Notes: generated by a model from the letters alone, not told the origin. Shown: positions 37,611 through 46,782, counted from the first letter of the stretch. The stretch: 64,000 nucleotides of DNA from Alphaproteobacteria bacterium (GCA_033763775.1 JANRJW010000004.1:8755-72754); one strand, 5' to 3'. Made by a program: numbers and translations.

Positions 37611-39233
37611 ATGTCACTTGGCAACAGCCTGATTGATTCTTATCAGAAAGCTGATGCACTCCTGTGCAGGGGCGAACTGCAGCAGGCGGCTGATATCTGT
37701 AAACAGATGCTGGAGAGCAATCCAAACTTTGCTTATGGGTATCACTTGATGGCCTCGCTGTTCAAGGTCACGGGTAATTTTGAAAAAGCACTGAATTTTT
37801 CGGATCTTGCGATCAAGCTTGATCCTAATGTGCCCAGCTTTTATCTGCAGCGTGGCACGTTGCTCATGGCGCTGCACTGTTATGAAGCTGCTGAGGATGT
37901 GTTTCGTAAAGCCTACCAGATGAAGCCGGGTTTGATCCAGGCGCTCCTAATGGCGGCGGATGCTAGTGTTCATCAAGGACGCCACGATGATGCGGCGCGT
38001 ACCTTTGCACTGGCGCGTAGCCGCGCCACGGATCATGAGCAGGCGGATATTGATCAGCAGGAAGGCTTATGCCAGCTATCGCTCGGGCAACTGGCACGAG
38101 CCGAGGCACTGTTTGAAAGGGTGATAGCGCAGCGGCCGAATCAAGCCGGAGGTTATCTCCATAAAGGCCATATCCTGCTGCATCAGCAGCGCGATCAGGA
38201 GGCGGAGGTCTGCTATGCGCGGGCACTCAATTGTGATCCTCACCTGCAGGAAGCGCTGCATGGCATGGCTGTGGTGAATGAGCGCCAAGGTCAGATTGAT
38301 ACGGCGGTGGCATTTGCTATTCAGGCGGTGAGTGCGCATGGCACCGTGCTTGATAGCCTGCTACTGCTCGGGCAGCTATTGTTGCGGAAACAGAATTTCT
38401 CCGCTGCAGAGCAGATGTTCCGTCAGGCATTGGCCGTGGTGCCAGATCAGGTGGTGGCGCTGTGCGGGCTGTCACAATCATTGATAGCGCAGCGCAGGCA
38501 GCATGAGCTGGCAAGTTTTCTTGCGGAGCAGGCCACGATCATGCCGCAGCACGAAGGGCTGATTTTTCTTGCGGCGGCGGCAAGTGGGCAGAATGCTTTG
38601 CGAGCGCCGCAAAGCTTCATCAGCAGCTATTACGATGAGCTGGCGCGGCGTTATAATTATTTTCTCAGGCCGCTCGATATGTATCAGCCGCACCAGTGTG
38701 CTGAAATGCTGCGCGCGCTACCACAACTACAGGGGCGAACGAGCCTCAGCCTTGTCGATTTAGGGTGTGGCGATGGACGCCTATCCGCAGCGCTGGGGGA
38801 TGGTTTCTCTTTGCGCCTCGGGGTTGATCTCTCCAAAGCGATGCTGGATATTGCCCAGATACACCGCCGTTATGATGAGACCTACACGTTGGATATGGTC
38901 GAATTCGCCATGGGTAGTGACCGTATGTTTGATATCGTCGCTGCGATTGATGTGCTGCCGCATCTGGGAGATCTTGTACCCTTTTTCCGTGCGGCACGAA
39001 ACCTTCTCGCTTCTGCCAGCGTCATGGTGTTTACGATTGAAAAATCCAATTTAGAAGCTGCCTACACGCTGCGTCCGAACGGGCGTTATATGCATAGCCA
39101 TGGCTTCATCCACGCATTGCTGCAGGATGAGGGCTATAACTGTGTGTTTTCTGAAGAGGTGTTGCTTCGTCTTGAGGCGGGCGTGCCGGTGATGGGCATG
39201 GTCTATGTTGTTCAGAAAATGACGGTGCACTGA
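37611..39233 (+). CDS. TPR-repeat protein with C-terminal class I SAM-dependent methyltransferase domain
   Basis: ATG at 37611. The N-terminal ~330 aa are TPR-like repeats. The C-terminus has motif I LVDLGCGDGRLS and DIVAAIDVLPHLGDL. Its stop overlaps the next ATG (tgATGa, 39231-39235). Confidence 0.75.
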   Translation: MSLGNSLIDSYQKADALLCRGELQQAADICKQMLESNPNFAYGYHLMASLFKVTGNFEKALNFSDLAIKLDPNVPSFYLQRGTLLMALHCYEAAEDVFRKAYQMKPGLIQALLMAADASVHQGRHDDAARTFALARSRATDHEQADIDQQEGLCQLSLGQLARAEALFERVIAQRPNQAGGYLHKGHILLHQQRDQEAEVCYARALNCDPHLQEALHGMAVVNERQGQIDTAVAFAIQAVSAHGTVLDSLLLLGQLLLRKQNFSAAEQMFRQALAVVPDQVVALCGLSQSLIAQRRQHELASFLAEQATIMPQHEGLIFLAAAASGQNALRAPQSFISSYYDELARRYNYFLRPLDMYQPHQCAEMLRALPQLQGRTSLSLVDLGCGDGRLSAALGDGFSLRLGVDLSKAMLDIAQIHRRYDETYTLDMVEFAMGSDRMFDIVAAIDVLPHLGDLVPFFRAARNLLASASVMVFTIEKSNLEAAYTLRPNGRYMHSHGFIHALLQDEGYNCVFSEEVLLRLEAGVPVMGMVYVVQKMTVH

Positions 39234-40399
39234 TGAGCGCGCTGCTACAGCATCCGCTGCTTGGCGAGTTTCAGTGCCTTGGGGATCGCTGCGCGGATAC
39301 GTGCTGCAAAAGCTGGTCGATGCAGCTCGATGCCGCTACCTATGAAACCTACCAGCGAGAAGCACCCGAGCTTCTGGATGCAGTGGAGGCGGCAGAAGAA
39401 TCACCATGGATCATGCGTAAGGATAAACAGACCGGTTATTGTGTGAAATTCGATAATGGCCTGTGCGGCATTCACAAAAATTATGGCGATAAGTTTCTCG
39501 GGGATGCCTGCCATTTTTATCCGCGCGCCACACGCAAGCTTGGCGATCAGACGATCATGACCGCCACGCTGTCCTGTCCCGAAGTGGCAAGGCTCGCGCT
39601 ATATGCGGATGCGCCCTTTGGCTGGCGCGAAACAACCATCGACCGCTTGCCCTTCAGCCTCAAGGACTATCTGCCCGAGGCGCTCAGCGGCGAGCAGGCG
39701 CGCCATGTCCATGAAGCTTTTCTTCATGCCTGCGAAGATGCCGCTCCAGCCGAACAGATTCTTGCACGCATAGCCAGTGTGGCACGTTCCATGATGCTTC
39801 TGGATCAGGCAAGCTGGCCACAAGCGGTGGGTTTTTATTTGCGTATGGCCGACGGTCGTCTGCCTGCTGCTAAGGCGGATGTGAATGACCCGTTTAACCT
39901 GCTCCACGCGCTGATGGGGATTATTGTCGCCACTCGCAAGCCGATGAGCGAGCGCTTGCGCCAGACAGTTTCACAGATGCAGGCGATGCTGGCTGTCACT
40001 CTCGACTGGCAGACCACACAGATACACACCACCGATGCCAGCGCGCCAGCTTATCAGCAGGCGCGGCAGAACTGGGATGAGCACGCCGCATATTATCAGC
40101 CGCTTCTGAAACGCTACCTGCAGATGCAACTCTCTGTTTCTCTTTTTCCATTTTCGGGGCTTGGATCAAACGCGCCGGAGCGTATCACGCTGATCGGTGT
40201 CAGGCTCGCCACCATCAGGCTGGCACTGATGGCTGCGCATCAATGCCATGGCGATGTGCCGAATCAGGAAGAGGTGGTCAGGGTGGTGCAAAGTTTATCG
40301 CGCTGTCTGGATCATCTGGGCGATGCAGCCTTTTCACTCGCCATTTATCATGAAACGGGCTGGGATCAGGAAGCGCGCCTTCGTGGGCTGCTGATATGA
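39233..40399 (+). CDS. fliB: FliB-like flagellin lysine-N-methylase family protein
   Basis: 388 aa. The N-terminus FQCLGDRCADTCCKSWSMQLD...YCVKFDNGLCGIHKNYGDKFLGDACHFYPR parallels Salmonella FliB (FSCSGSACRDHCCKGW...C.......LC...C..FPR). Confidence 0.7.
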   Translation: MSALLQHPLLGEFQCLGDRCADTCCKSWSMQLDAATYETYQREAPELLDAVEAAEESPWIMRKDKQTGYCVKFDNGLCGIHKNYGDKFLGDACHFYPRATRKLGDQTIMTATLSCPEVARLALYADAPFGWRETTIDRLPFSLKDYLPEALSGEQARHVHEAFLHACEDAAPAEQILARIASVARSMMLLDQASWPQAVGFYLRMADGRLPAAKADVNDPFNLLHALMGIIVATRKPMSERLRQTVSQMQAMLAVTLDWQTTQIHTTDASAPAYQQARQNWDEHAAYYQPLLKRYLQMQLSVSLFPFSGLGSNAPERITLIGVRLATIRLALMAAHQCHGDVPNQEEVVRVVQSLSRCLDHLGDAAFSLAIYHETGWDQEARLRGLLI

Positions 40400-40450
40400 A
40401 ACCTAAAAATTTTCTTGTGATTCTTCAGTGGTGTGCTAGCTTTATGCACA

Positions 40451-40490
40451 TAAAGTTGAATTTTCTAATGCGGCATTAACGAAGCATTAA
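40451..40490 (+). promoter_or_regulatory. candidate fliC promoter region: sigma-28-like TAAAGTTG-N11-GCGGCATT overlapping a TTAA-N7-TTAA CtrA-type box
   Basis: taaagttg (40451-58), 11 nt, then gcggcatta. The -10 is a weak match to GCCGATAA. ttaacgaagcattaa at 40476-40490 is an exact TTAA-N7-TTAA. About 100-140 nt upstream of the fliC ATG. Confidence 0.3.
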
Positions 40491-40592
40491 GGAATTCACA
40501 GTAAAACTGTAGGGTAGTGTGGTCATAGAAGACCGCATTGGTACGGAGAGCATGTAGCACTCCATGTTTAACATCCATGTAGGAGACGACCC

Positions 40593-43500
40593 ATGGTCAA
40601 CTCAATTAACACCAATATTGCGGCTTATTTTGCGCAAGCAAACATCAGTCGCGCATCCGATATGTCCTCATCGTCAGTCGCGCGTCTTTCGAGCGGTAAC
40701 CGCATCGTAAGAGCGTCCGATGACGTAGCAGGTCTTTCTATCGGTACCAGCCTTCGCACCAGCGTTTCGGCACTGCGTACCGCACTCGTGAACGCCTCGC
40801 AGGGCTCCAGCCTGCTTCAGGTTGCTGACGGTGCGCTCTCGCAGGTGACGGAGATTCTGCAACGTCAACGCGCCATTGCCTTCCAGGCGGGTTCGGGTAC
40901 GCTGCAAAACTCTGACCGCGTGTTCCTCAACCAGGAATTCCAGGCACTGACCTCTGAGGTCGATCGTCTGACGGGTTCCACCAACTTCAACGGTGTGCGC
41001 CTGCTCAACGGTTCGCTCACCAGTGCTGCTGGTATTAATTCGAATAGCAACGCTTCCACGGGCGGCGAACTTCGCCTCAACTTCAACGATCTCATCACGG
41101 CTGGTGAGTCGGTGATCGTTGGCGGCGTGACCATGGTTGGTCTGAGCTCTGCCTCGACCGATCCGCGTGGTTTCGTTGTCACTGCAGATATCAACACCAC
41201 CCTGCAGAACCTTGCTAACGCGCTCAATAACCTTGCTTCGAACGCTACTTACGGTACGTCGGTTGGCCAGGCTATTTACAGCGTGGATGGTAACTCGCTG
41301 GTGGTTAAATCCCGCACCGGCGGTACGCTCAGCAACAACTTCACCTCTTCTTCTGTGGCTACCGGCCAGTCGCTGAACGGCCTTGGATCTGCTGCTGTAG
41401 GCACGGCTGCTGGTGATGATATCACCATTAACCTTGCGAATTCCGGCTTTGTCGTCGGCCAGCGCGTAGTGTTTAATGGTATGTCGGCTGTCGGCGGTAT
41501 CACGCTCTCTGGCGAATATGTTGTGACCGCAGTAAGCGGCAGCAACTTTACCATTGATCAGGCTGGTACGCCTAGCAACACCACCAACGTGAACCAAGGT
41601 GCTAACGCGATCGTCTATGCTGCGACCGCTGCTTATACCAGCTCGGTTTCCTTTGGTGAGGCTACCTTCAACACTGGTGGTTCCAGTTTCAGCCTGTTTT
41701 CAACCACGGGTGCCACCTCGGCAACCACGGTGGTTTCTGCAAACGCGGCAGCAGCTGGCACACCTTTTGCCAACGGTGATTCCATTACCGCAACCGTGAA
41801 CGGCGTGACCAAGACCCTCTACACCTTTGGTGCAGCGAGTGACGGTGGTGCGCGTACGTTGAAAGACGTGGTGGATGGCATCAATGCTAACTTTGCCAAT
41901 ACTGGTTTCAAAGCAGCGCTGACCTATAGCGGTGGCGGCTATAACATTCGCCTCAGCTATGCCGGCAACGCCAGCAACGTGATCATTGATTACGGCAGCA
42001 ACTATGTTGGCACTAACTATGCTGTGGCTGGCCAGGGTATTGGCACTACGGCTGCGAATGGTGCAACAACAGCTACTACGGCTACCCGTGCGCTGTTTGG
42101 CACCAGCTACATTGATGTGTTGAACACTGCGAGCGGTGTAGCGAACTTAACCACCTCTGTGGTTGGTACCGATGCTACGGCTCCGTTTGCTGTTGGCAAC
42201 ACCATCACGCTGAACGTCAACGGCAAGAGCGAAATCCTGCATACGATTGCTGCAGGCAACACTCTGACGCAGATTGTCAGCAGCATCAACTCACGCACTG
42301 CCGACACTGGTGTAGTTGCGATGATCAGCGGCACTTCAGGCGCCTACAACATTCGCCTGTTTGTTTCTGATTCAGCTGCTTCCCCAACTGTTGCAGGCAG
42401 GACGAACGATGTGATCACCGTCAGTTCAGCCACAGCGCTGGGCAGCGGTACGGTGAACGCAGCTACATTTGGCACGATCGATTCCAGCACGGTGCTGGTG
42501 CGTAACAGCAACTTCGGTCTTGCGGGTGGTCTGGATAACGGCATCAGCGCAGGCAGTGTTTCGGTCACCGGTTCGGTGGGCGACAGCATCCTGACCGCGT
42601 TGGCACAGACTCGTGCGAACAGCTCGCTCATCTTCACCTCAAACGCTTCGGAGAACGACACCATTACCCTTGGTGGTAAGGTGTTCACGTTCACCAGCAA
42701 CACGACCCGCGGTGTGGATGAAATCCTGATCGGCTCGACAATTTCCGAAACGATCGACAACCTGATCAATACGCTGCGCAGTTATCTGGCGAACGGTAAC
42801 GCCACGACAGCAGAGGCCTACCAGCTCAACCAGATGGAATTTGCCCGCAGCGGCAATACCTTCACGGTGACGGGCAAGGGTCTTGGTAACATTACCACCA
42901 TCAATGGTGCGAATGCGACCATCGCACGTTCCAACACCACTGGTACGTCGCTCACCTCGGGCACGTTCAACAACGCCTCCAGCACCTATGGCGTGGATGT
43001 GACCGGCATCACCAACGCGGCTTTCCGCGGTGTGCTGCAGGGCTTCCAAGCCACTTACACAGGTACGGCGGATACGGTGAACCTATCGATCAAAATCGGC
43101 GACTTCACCTACACTGCTAACAACCTGGATGCCACGGTGTCTGCGAATACCCGGGTTCGCCTGTATTCCAATACGGTGGATGGTAAAAATGGTGGGTATT
43201 TCGATATCCAGCTTGCTTCGGGCGCTGTTGCCAATGGCTTCAGTGATCAAGCCGGTGCGGATGCGATTGCCAGCCGTCTGAACGTGGCGTTCACCACACT
43301 GACCTTCCGTCAGGAACGCCAGATCTCTAGCTACAATGGCACACAAGGTATCTCTTCCAACGGCACCATCATTGGTTCGCTGGTGGGTACCAGAGTGTCG
43401 GCTCAGGTGAATGATTTCAGCAGCCTCCGCTTGTCTGATATCAAAGTCACCGCACCGACCGGTAGTGCTACTGATGCGAAGATCAGCCTGCTCATCAATG

Positions 43501-44093
43501 GTGTAAGCTACAGCACCACGGCAGGTCTTGGTTCGAAGCTCGGCGCTAATCAGACCTTCCGTCTGGTCAGCGAGGTGGATGCGAATCAGTATCTCGAGTT
43601 CACGACTGGTAACACCTCCATCGATATCAGCTCGGCAGCAAACGCTGCTGCGGTTGAAACCGCTCTGAAGAGCGCCTTTGGTGCGACCTCCGGCTCTGCC
43701 GCGCTGTCGTTCCAGATCGGCTCCAGCGCGACCGATACGCTTGCTGTATCGATTGGTGATGCGACCACAGACTCGCTGTTTAACGGCGAAGTGCTCGATG
43801 TGTTGAGCCAGGCCAGCGCAACCCGCGCTGCCGCTGTACTCGATGCAGCACTACAGAAGGTCACCAGCATCCGTGCGGATGTGGGTGCGCTGCAATCCAG
43901 GTTTAACTTTGCTTCAGCGAACATTCAGATCGCTGTGCAGAACCAGGACGCCGCGCAGTCTCAGCTGCTCGATACTGACATTGCCTCTGAGTCGACATCG
44001 TATGCTACCTCGCAGGTAAAACTGCAGGCTGGTATCTCGGTACTCGCTCAGGCTAACCAGCAGCTCCAGGCTCTTCTGAAGCTGATCGGTTAA
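40593..44093 (+). CDS. fliC: flagellin, giant form (1166 aa)
   Basis: N-terminus MVNSINTNIAAYFAQANISRA...LSSGNRIVRASDDVAGLSIG and C-terminus IRADVGALQSRFNFASANIQIAVQNQDAAQSQLLDTDIASESTSYATSQVKLQAGISVLAQANQ are canonical D0/D1 segments. About 880 aa of Thr/Ser/Gly/Ala/Asn-rich middle. Confidence 0.95.
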   Translation: MVNSINTNIAAYFAQANISRASDMSSSSVARLSSGNRIVRASDDVAGLSIGTSLRTSVSALRTALVNASQGSSLLQVADGALSQVTEILQRQRAIAFQAGSGTLQNSDRVFLNQEFQALTSEVDRLTGSTNFNGVRLLNGSLTSAAGINSNSNASTGGELRLNFNDLITAGESVIVGGVTMVGLSSASTDPRGFVVTADINTTLQNLANALNNLASNATYGTSVGQAIYSVDGNSLVVKSRTGGTLSNNFTSSSVATGQSLNGLGSAAVGTAAGDDITINLANSGFVVGQRVVFNGMSAVGGITLSGEYVVTAVSGSNFTIDQAGTPSNTTNVNQGANAIVYAATAAYTSSVSFGEATFNTGGSSFSLFSTTGATSATTVVSANAAAAGTPFANGDSITATVNGVTKTLYTFGAASDGGARTLKDVVDGINANFANTGFKAALTYSGGGYNIRLSYAGNASNVIIDYGSNYVGTNYAVAGQGIGTTAANGATTATTATRALFGTSYIDVLNTASGVANLTTSVVGTDATAPFAVGNTITLNVNGKSEILHTIAAGNTLTQIVSSINSRTADTGVVAMISGTSGAYNIRLFVSDSAASPTVAGRTNDVITVSSATALGSGTVNAATFGTIDSSTVLVRNSNFGLAGGLDNGISAGSVSVTGSVGDSILTALAQTRANSSLIFTSNASENDTITLGGKVFTFTSNTTRGVDEILIGSTISETIDNLINTLRSYLANGNATTAEAYQLNQMEFARSGNTFTVTGKGLGNITTINGANATIARSNTTGTSLTSGTFNNASSTYGVDVTGITNAAFRGVLQGFQATYTGTADTVNLSIKIGDFTYTANNLDATVSANTRVRLYSNTVDGKNGGYFDIQLASGAVANGFSDQAGADAIASRLNVAFTTLTFRQERQISSYNGTQGISSNGTIIGSLVGTRVSAQVNDFSSLRLSDIKVTAPTGSATDAKISLLINGVSYSTTAGLGSKLGANQTFRLVSEVDANQYLEFTTGNTSIDISSAANAAAVETALKSAFGATSGSAALSFQIGSSATDTLAVSIGDATTDSLFNGEVLDVLSQASATRAAAVLDAALQKVTSIRADVGALQSRFNFASANIQIAVQNQDAAQSQLLDTDIASESTSYATSQVKLQAGISVLAQANQQLQALLKLIG

Positions 44094-44161
44094 CCCGGGA
44101 GACTCTACGGGAATGGCCGGGGTGGTAACCCCATCCCGGCCAAACCTGTAAGGAGGACAAT

Positions 44162-44527
44162 ATGGATGTATTAGGAACAATAAAACCAGCAGCTACTACG
44201 CCCATGCCGGTGAAAGCATCGGCGGTACTTCCTGCTGCGTCATCTGCGCAAAGTATTCAATTGCCGCAACGCAATCTGGAGACCGTGCAGTATGATGCTA
44301 AAGTGGCGGATGCAAAGCGCCAGGAAGCGGTTGCCAATGCTGCGCGCAACGCGCCGCAGCCTCTGGGCAGTCAGGTCTTTACCATGTTCAAAGACTCTAC
44401 CGGCCAGATCGTGACGCGCTTTCGCGACACCAATAGCGGCAAAGTGACCTACATACCAGAGCCGCAGCTACTACGCATGGCAGGCAATACCAGCGGTTCG
44501 GAATCGCTGCTGAATATCAAGGTTTAG
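44162..44527 (+). CDS. flaG: flagellar protein FlaG
   Basis: 121 aa. The C-terminal TMFKDSTGQIVTRFRDTNSGKVTYIPEPQLLRMAG fits the FlaG family. AAGGAGG Shine-Dalgarno. Confidence 0.8.
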   Translation: MDVLGTIKPAATTPMPVKASAVLPAASSAQSIQLPQRNLETVQYDAKVADAKRQEAVANAARNAPQPLGSQVFTMFKDSTGQIVTRFRDTNSGKVTYIPEPQLLRMAGNTSGSESLLNIKV

Positions 44528-44545
44528 CACGAAACATCGTGCGCT

Positions 44546-44561
44546 AGGCATGAAAATTGCT
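44546..44561 (+). promoter_or_regulatory. sigma-54-like promoter between flaG and fliD
   Basis: aggcatgaaaattgct has GG and GC at consensus spacing (TGGCAC-N5-TTGCW) with two deviations. Confidence 0.45.
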
Positions 44562-44578
44562 TAGAATGAACTAGACAT

Positions 44579-44620
44579 AGAGCCACGCGCACCAGCGGGT
44601 GAGCCGAGTGGCTCTTTTTG
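44579..44620 (+). terminator. intrinsic terminator-like hairpin plus U-tract
   Basis: agagccac / gtggctct 8-bp outer stem with further inner pairing, followed by ttttt. Lies 30 nt before the fliD ATG. Confidence 0.65.
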
Positions 44621-44650
44621 TCTCTTAGTTATGCATGATCAAGAGGCGTT

Positions 44651-46777
44651 ATGGTAACCCAGATTCAATTAGGTAACTTCTACAGCTCTGGCGGAAGAAC
44701 CGTCGTGGGCGGTGCGGGCGGTTCCGGACTGGATACCCAGTCGATTATCAAATCACTCACCGATGCCAAGCGTCTGCCTGCCACTCAAATTGAAGATCGT
44801 ATCAAAACGAATAGTGAGCGTACCAAAGCGCTGACGGAATATCGCACGCTGATGGCAAAATTCAAAGATGCGCTCAATTTCCTACGCAACCCGCCGGGGG
44901 TTGGCAATGCCGCGGATAATGTTTTTCGCTATGTGAACGCCAGCGTGACTTCCAATAGCGCCGTTGCTGGAACCAGCTACCTTACTGCCAGTGTGGCACC
45001 GGGCGCTAGCTTACAGAACTACAGCGTTACTGACATTACCTCTGTCGCGCGTGCACGCCGCCAGAGCACGGCTAATTTCAGCATCGCTAATCCTGACACA
45101 GCCGTTGTGTCTGATTCACCTGCAGGCGTTGAGTTCAAAGCTGGAACTTTTACTTTTAAGGGCAAAAGCATCACGCTGAATGCGGGCGATAGCCTGAATA
45201 CAGTCGCCACCAAATTCAATGCAGTTTCTGCTGATACGAAAGTGACCGCCAGTGTTGTCCGTGTTGGGGATAACAGCTACCAGCTGCTTTTTACCGCCAC
45301 AGCTACCGGCACTGCCGTCGATTTTAATTTTAATGATGGCGGCACCACGCTGGTTGATGCAAGCAATGTATTTAGTCTTGTAACTGTGACCAACCAGCAG
45401 ACGGCGAGCAACGCAGTTTTCAAATTCAATGGCACGGAAATTACCAGGCAGTCCAACAGCGTGACCGATCTCGTCCCCGGGCTGACGCTGAATATTCTCA
45501 CCACCACGCCGCCAGAGCCGGATCCCACTGAAATCACCATCAATATCAGTCCGGATGCGCAGGTGGTCAAGGGCGGCATCATTAATTTCATCAATGCCTA
45601 TAACGATCTGAAAGTTTTTGCCGCCAAGCAGACGCAGGTAAATCCTGATGGCACGTATGCTGATACGGCGGTGCTGAGCAACAGCTCGGTGCTACGCAGC
45701 AGTCTGAGTAGCGTTTCCTCGCAGCTTTCCACGATTGTATCGGGTCTTGGCAGCGGTTTTAGCCGCCTTGCGGATATTGGTGTGGTGTCGGCGGATCTTC
45801 CGGAGTCGGATGAAAACCCGCTGGTGCGCAATATTTTGAATGTTGATGAAGGCAAACTTACCGAGGCAATCTCCAGTAACTTTGATCAGGTGCGTCGGCT
45901 TTTTGAATTTGATTTTGTTTCAAACAACCAGAATCTGCGTGTTTTTTCACGCACCAATGCACTCACCGCGAATAATTTTACGCTGGAAGTCAACCCCTAC
46001 GCGGTGCAGCAGACTAAAATCTATGAGATTGTGGATGCGAATGCCGCCGTTGTGGCCGCCAGCCCGGATAGTAATCAGATTAAAGCCGGCGCGGTGATCA
46101 TCAATAGCGTGGCGATTGATCTGGTGGCAGGCGATTCGCTGAACCAGATTCGCGATAAGTTTAATGCGGTGAGTGCAACCACCGGCGTAACGGCCGAAGT
46201 GGTTGAGACAGCGCCGAATAAGTTCCGCCTTAAATTCACCAGCACTGTCAATGGTGTTGATACTAACCTTCTTTCGTCAAGTGTGAATCCTAATGGCGTA
46301 TTCAGCGATGCAGGCATTACCGCAACCGCCAGCTACAAAGCGACTTATGCAGGCTCAGGTGGCCCAGTGACTCTTGATTTGACAGGTTCTTTTGTGCTGG
46401 GTTCAGGCAACAGCCCCAGCGGTATTCGCCTTGAGGGGCAAAGGGGCACGGCGCTGGAAGGGCTGGTGATGGTATATGCAGGCACGCTTTCTTCCAGTAT
46501 TGCGGTCAGTGCTACGCAGGGCATTGCGGATCGCATTTATAACCTCAGCGATGAAATTCTGAAGGAAGATGTAGGTGCGCTCGAAATTGAGCTTGAAAGC
46601 ATCAAAACCTCCGATACCAAGCTGCAGGAAGATATCAAGCGCATTGATGCTCAGGTCGAGCGCTATCGTGAAGAACTGCTTGCTAAATTCAGTGCGCTCG
46701 AGCAGGCTATTACGCGTGTTAACACGCTGCTTCAGAGCCTTGATGCCAACCAGCGCGCGATGAATGGAGAAAACTAA
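44651..46777 (+). CDS. fliD: flagellar filament cap protein FliD
   Basis: 708 aa. GLDTQSIIKSLTDAKRLPATQIEDRIKT N-terminus, two flagellin-IN-like repeats (SITLNAGDSLNTVATKFNAVSADTKVTASV / IDLVAGDSLNQIRDKFNAVSATTGVTAEV), coiled-coil C-terminus. Confidence 0.93.
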   Translation: MVTQIQLGNFYSSGGRTVVGGAGGSGLDTQSIIKSLTDAKRLPATQIEDRIKTNSERTKALTEYRTLMAKFKDALNFLRNPPGVGNAADNVFRYVNASVTSNSAVAGTSYLTASVAPGASLQNYSVTDITSVARARRQSTANFSIANPDTAVVSDSPAGVEFKAGTFTFKGKSITLNAGDSLNTVATKFNAVSADTKVTASVVRVGDNSYQLLFTATATGTAVDFNFNDGGTTLVDASNVFSLVTVTNQQTASNAVFKFNGTEITRQSNSVTDLVPGLTLNILTTTPPEPDPTEITINISPDAQVVKGGIINFINAYNDLKVFAAKQTQVNPDGTYADTAVLSNSSVLRSSLSSVSSQLSTIVSGLGSGFSRLADIGVVSADLPESDENPLVRNILNVDEGKLTEAISSNFDQVRRLFEFDFVSNNQNLRVFSRTNALTANNFTLEVNPYAVQQTKIYEIVDANAAVVAASPDSNQIKAGAVIINSVAIDLVAGDSLNQIRDKFNAVSATTGVTAEVVETAPNKFRLKFTSTVNGVDTNLLSSSVNPNGVFSDAGITATASYKATYAGSGGPVTLDLTGSFVLGSGNSPSGIRLEGQRGTALEGLVMVYAGTLSSSIAVSATQGIADRIYNLSDEILKEDVGALEIELESIKTSDTKLQEDIKRIDAQVERYREELLAKFSALEQAITRVNTLLQSLDANQRAMNGEN

Positions 46778-46782
46778 CTGGC

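Noticed and set aside
44115-44141. Hairpin ggccggg...cccggcc between the fliC stop and flaG, considered as a terminator.
   Set aside because: It has a 7-bp stem with a 13-nt loop and no following U-tract, and flaG has its own strong Shine-Dalgarno 20 nt later. It is more likely an mRNA-stabilising or processing structure and is too weak to call as a terminator.
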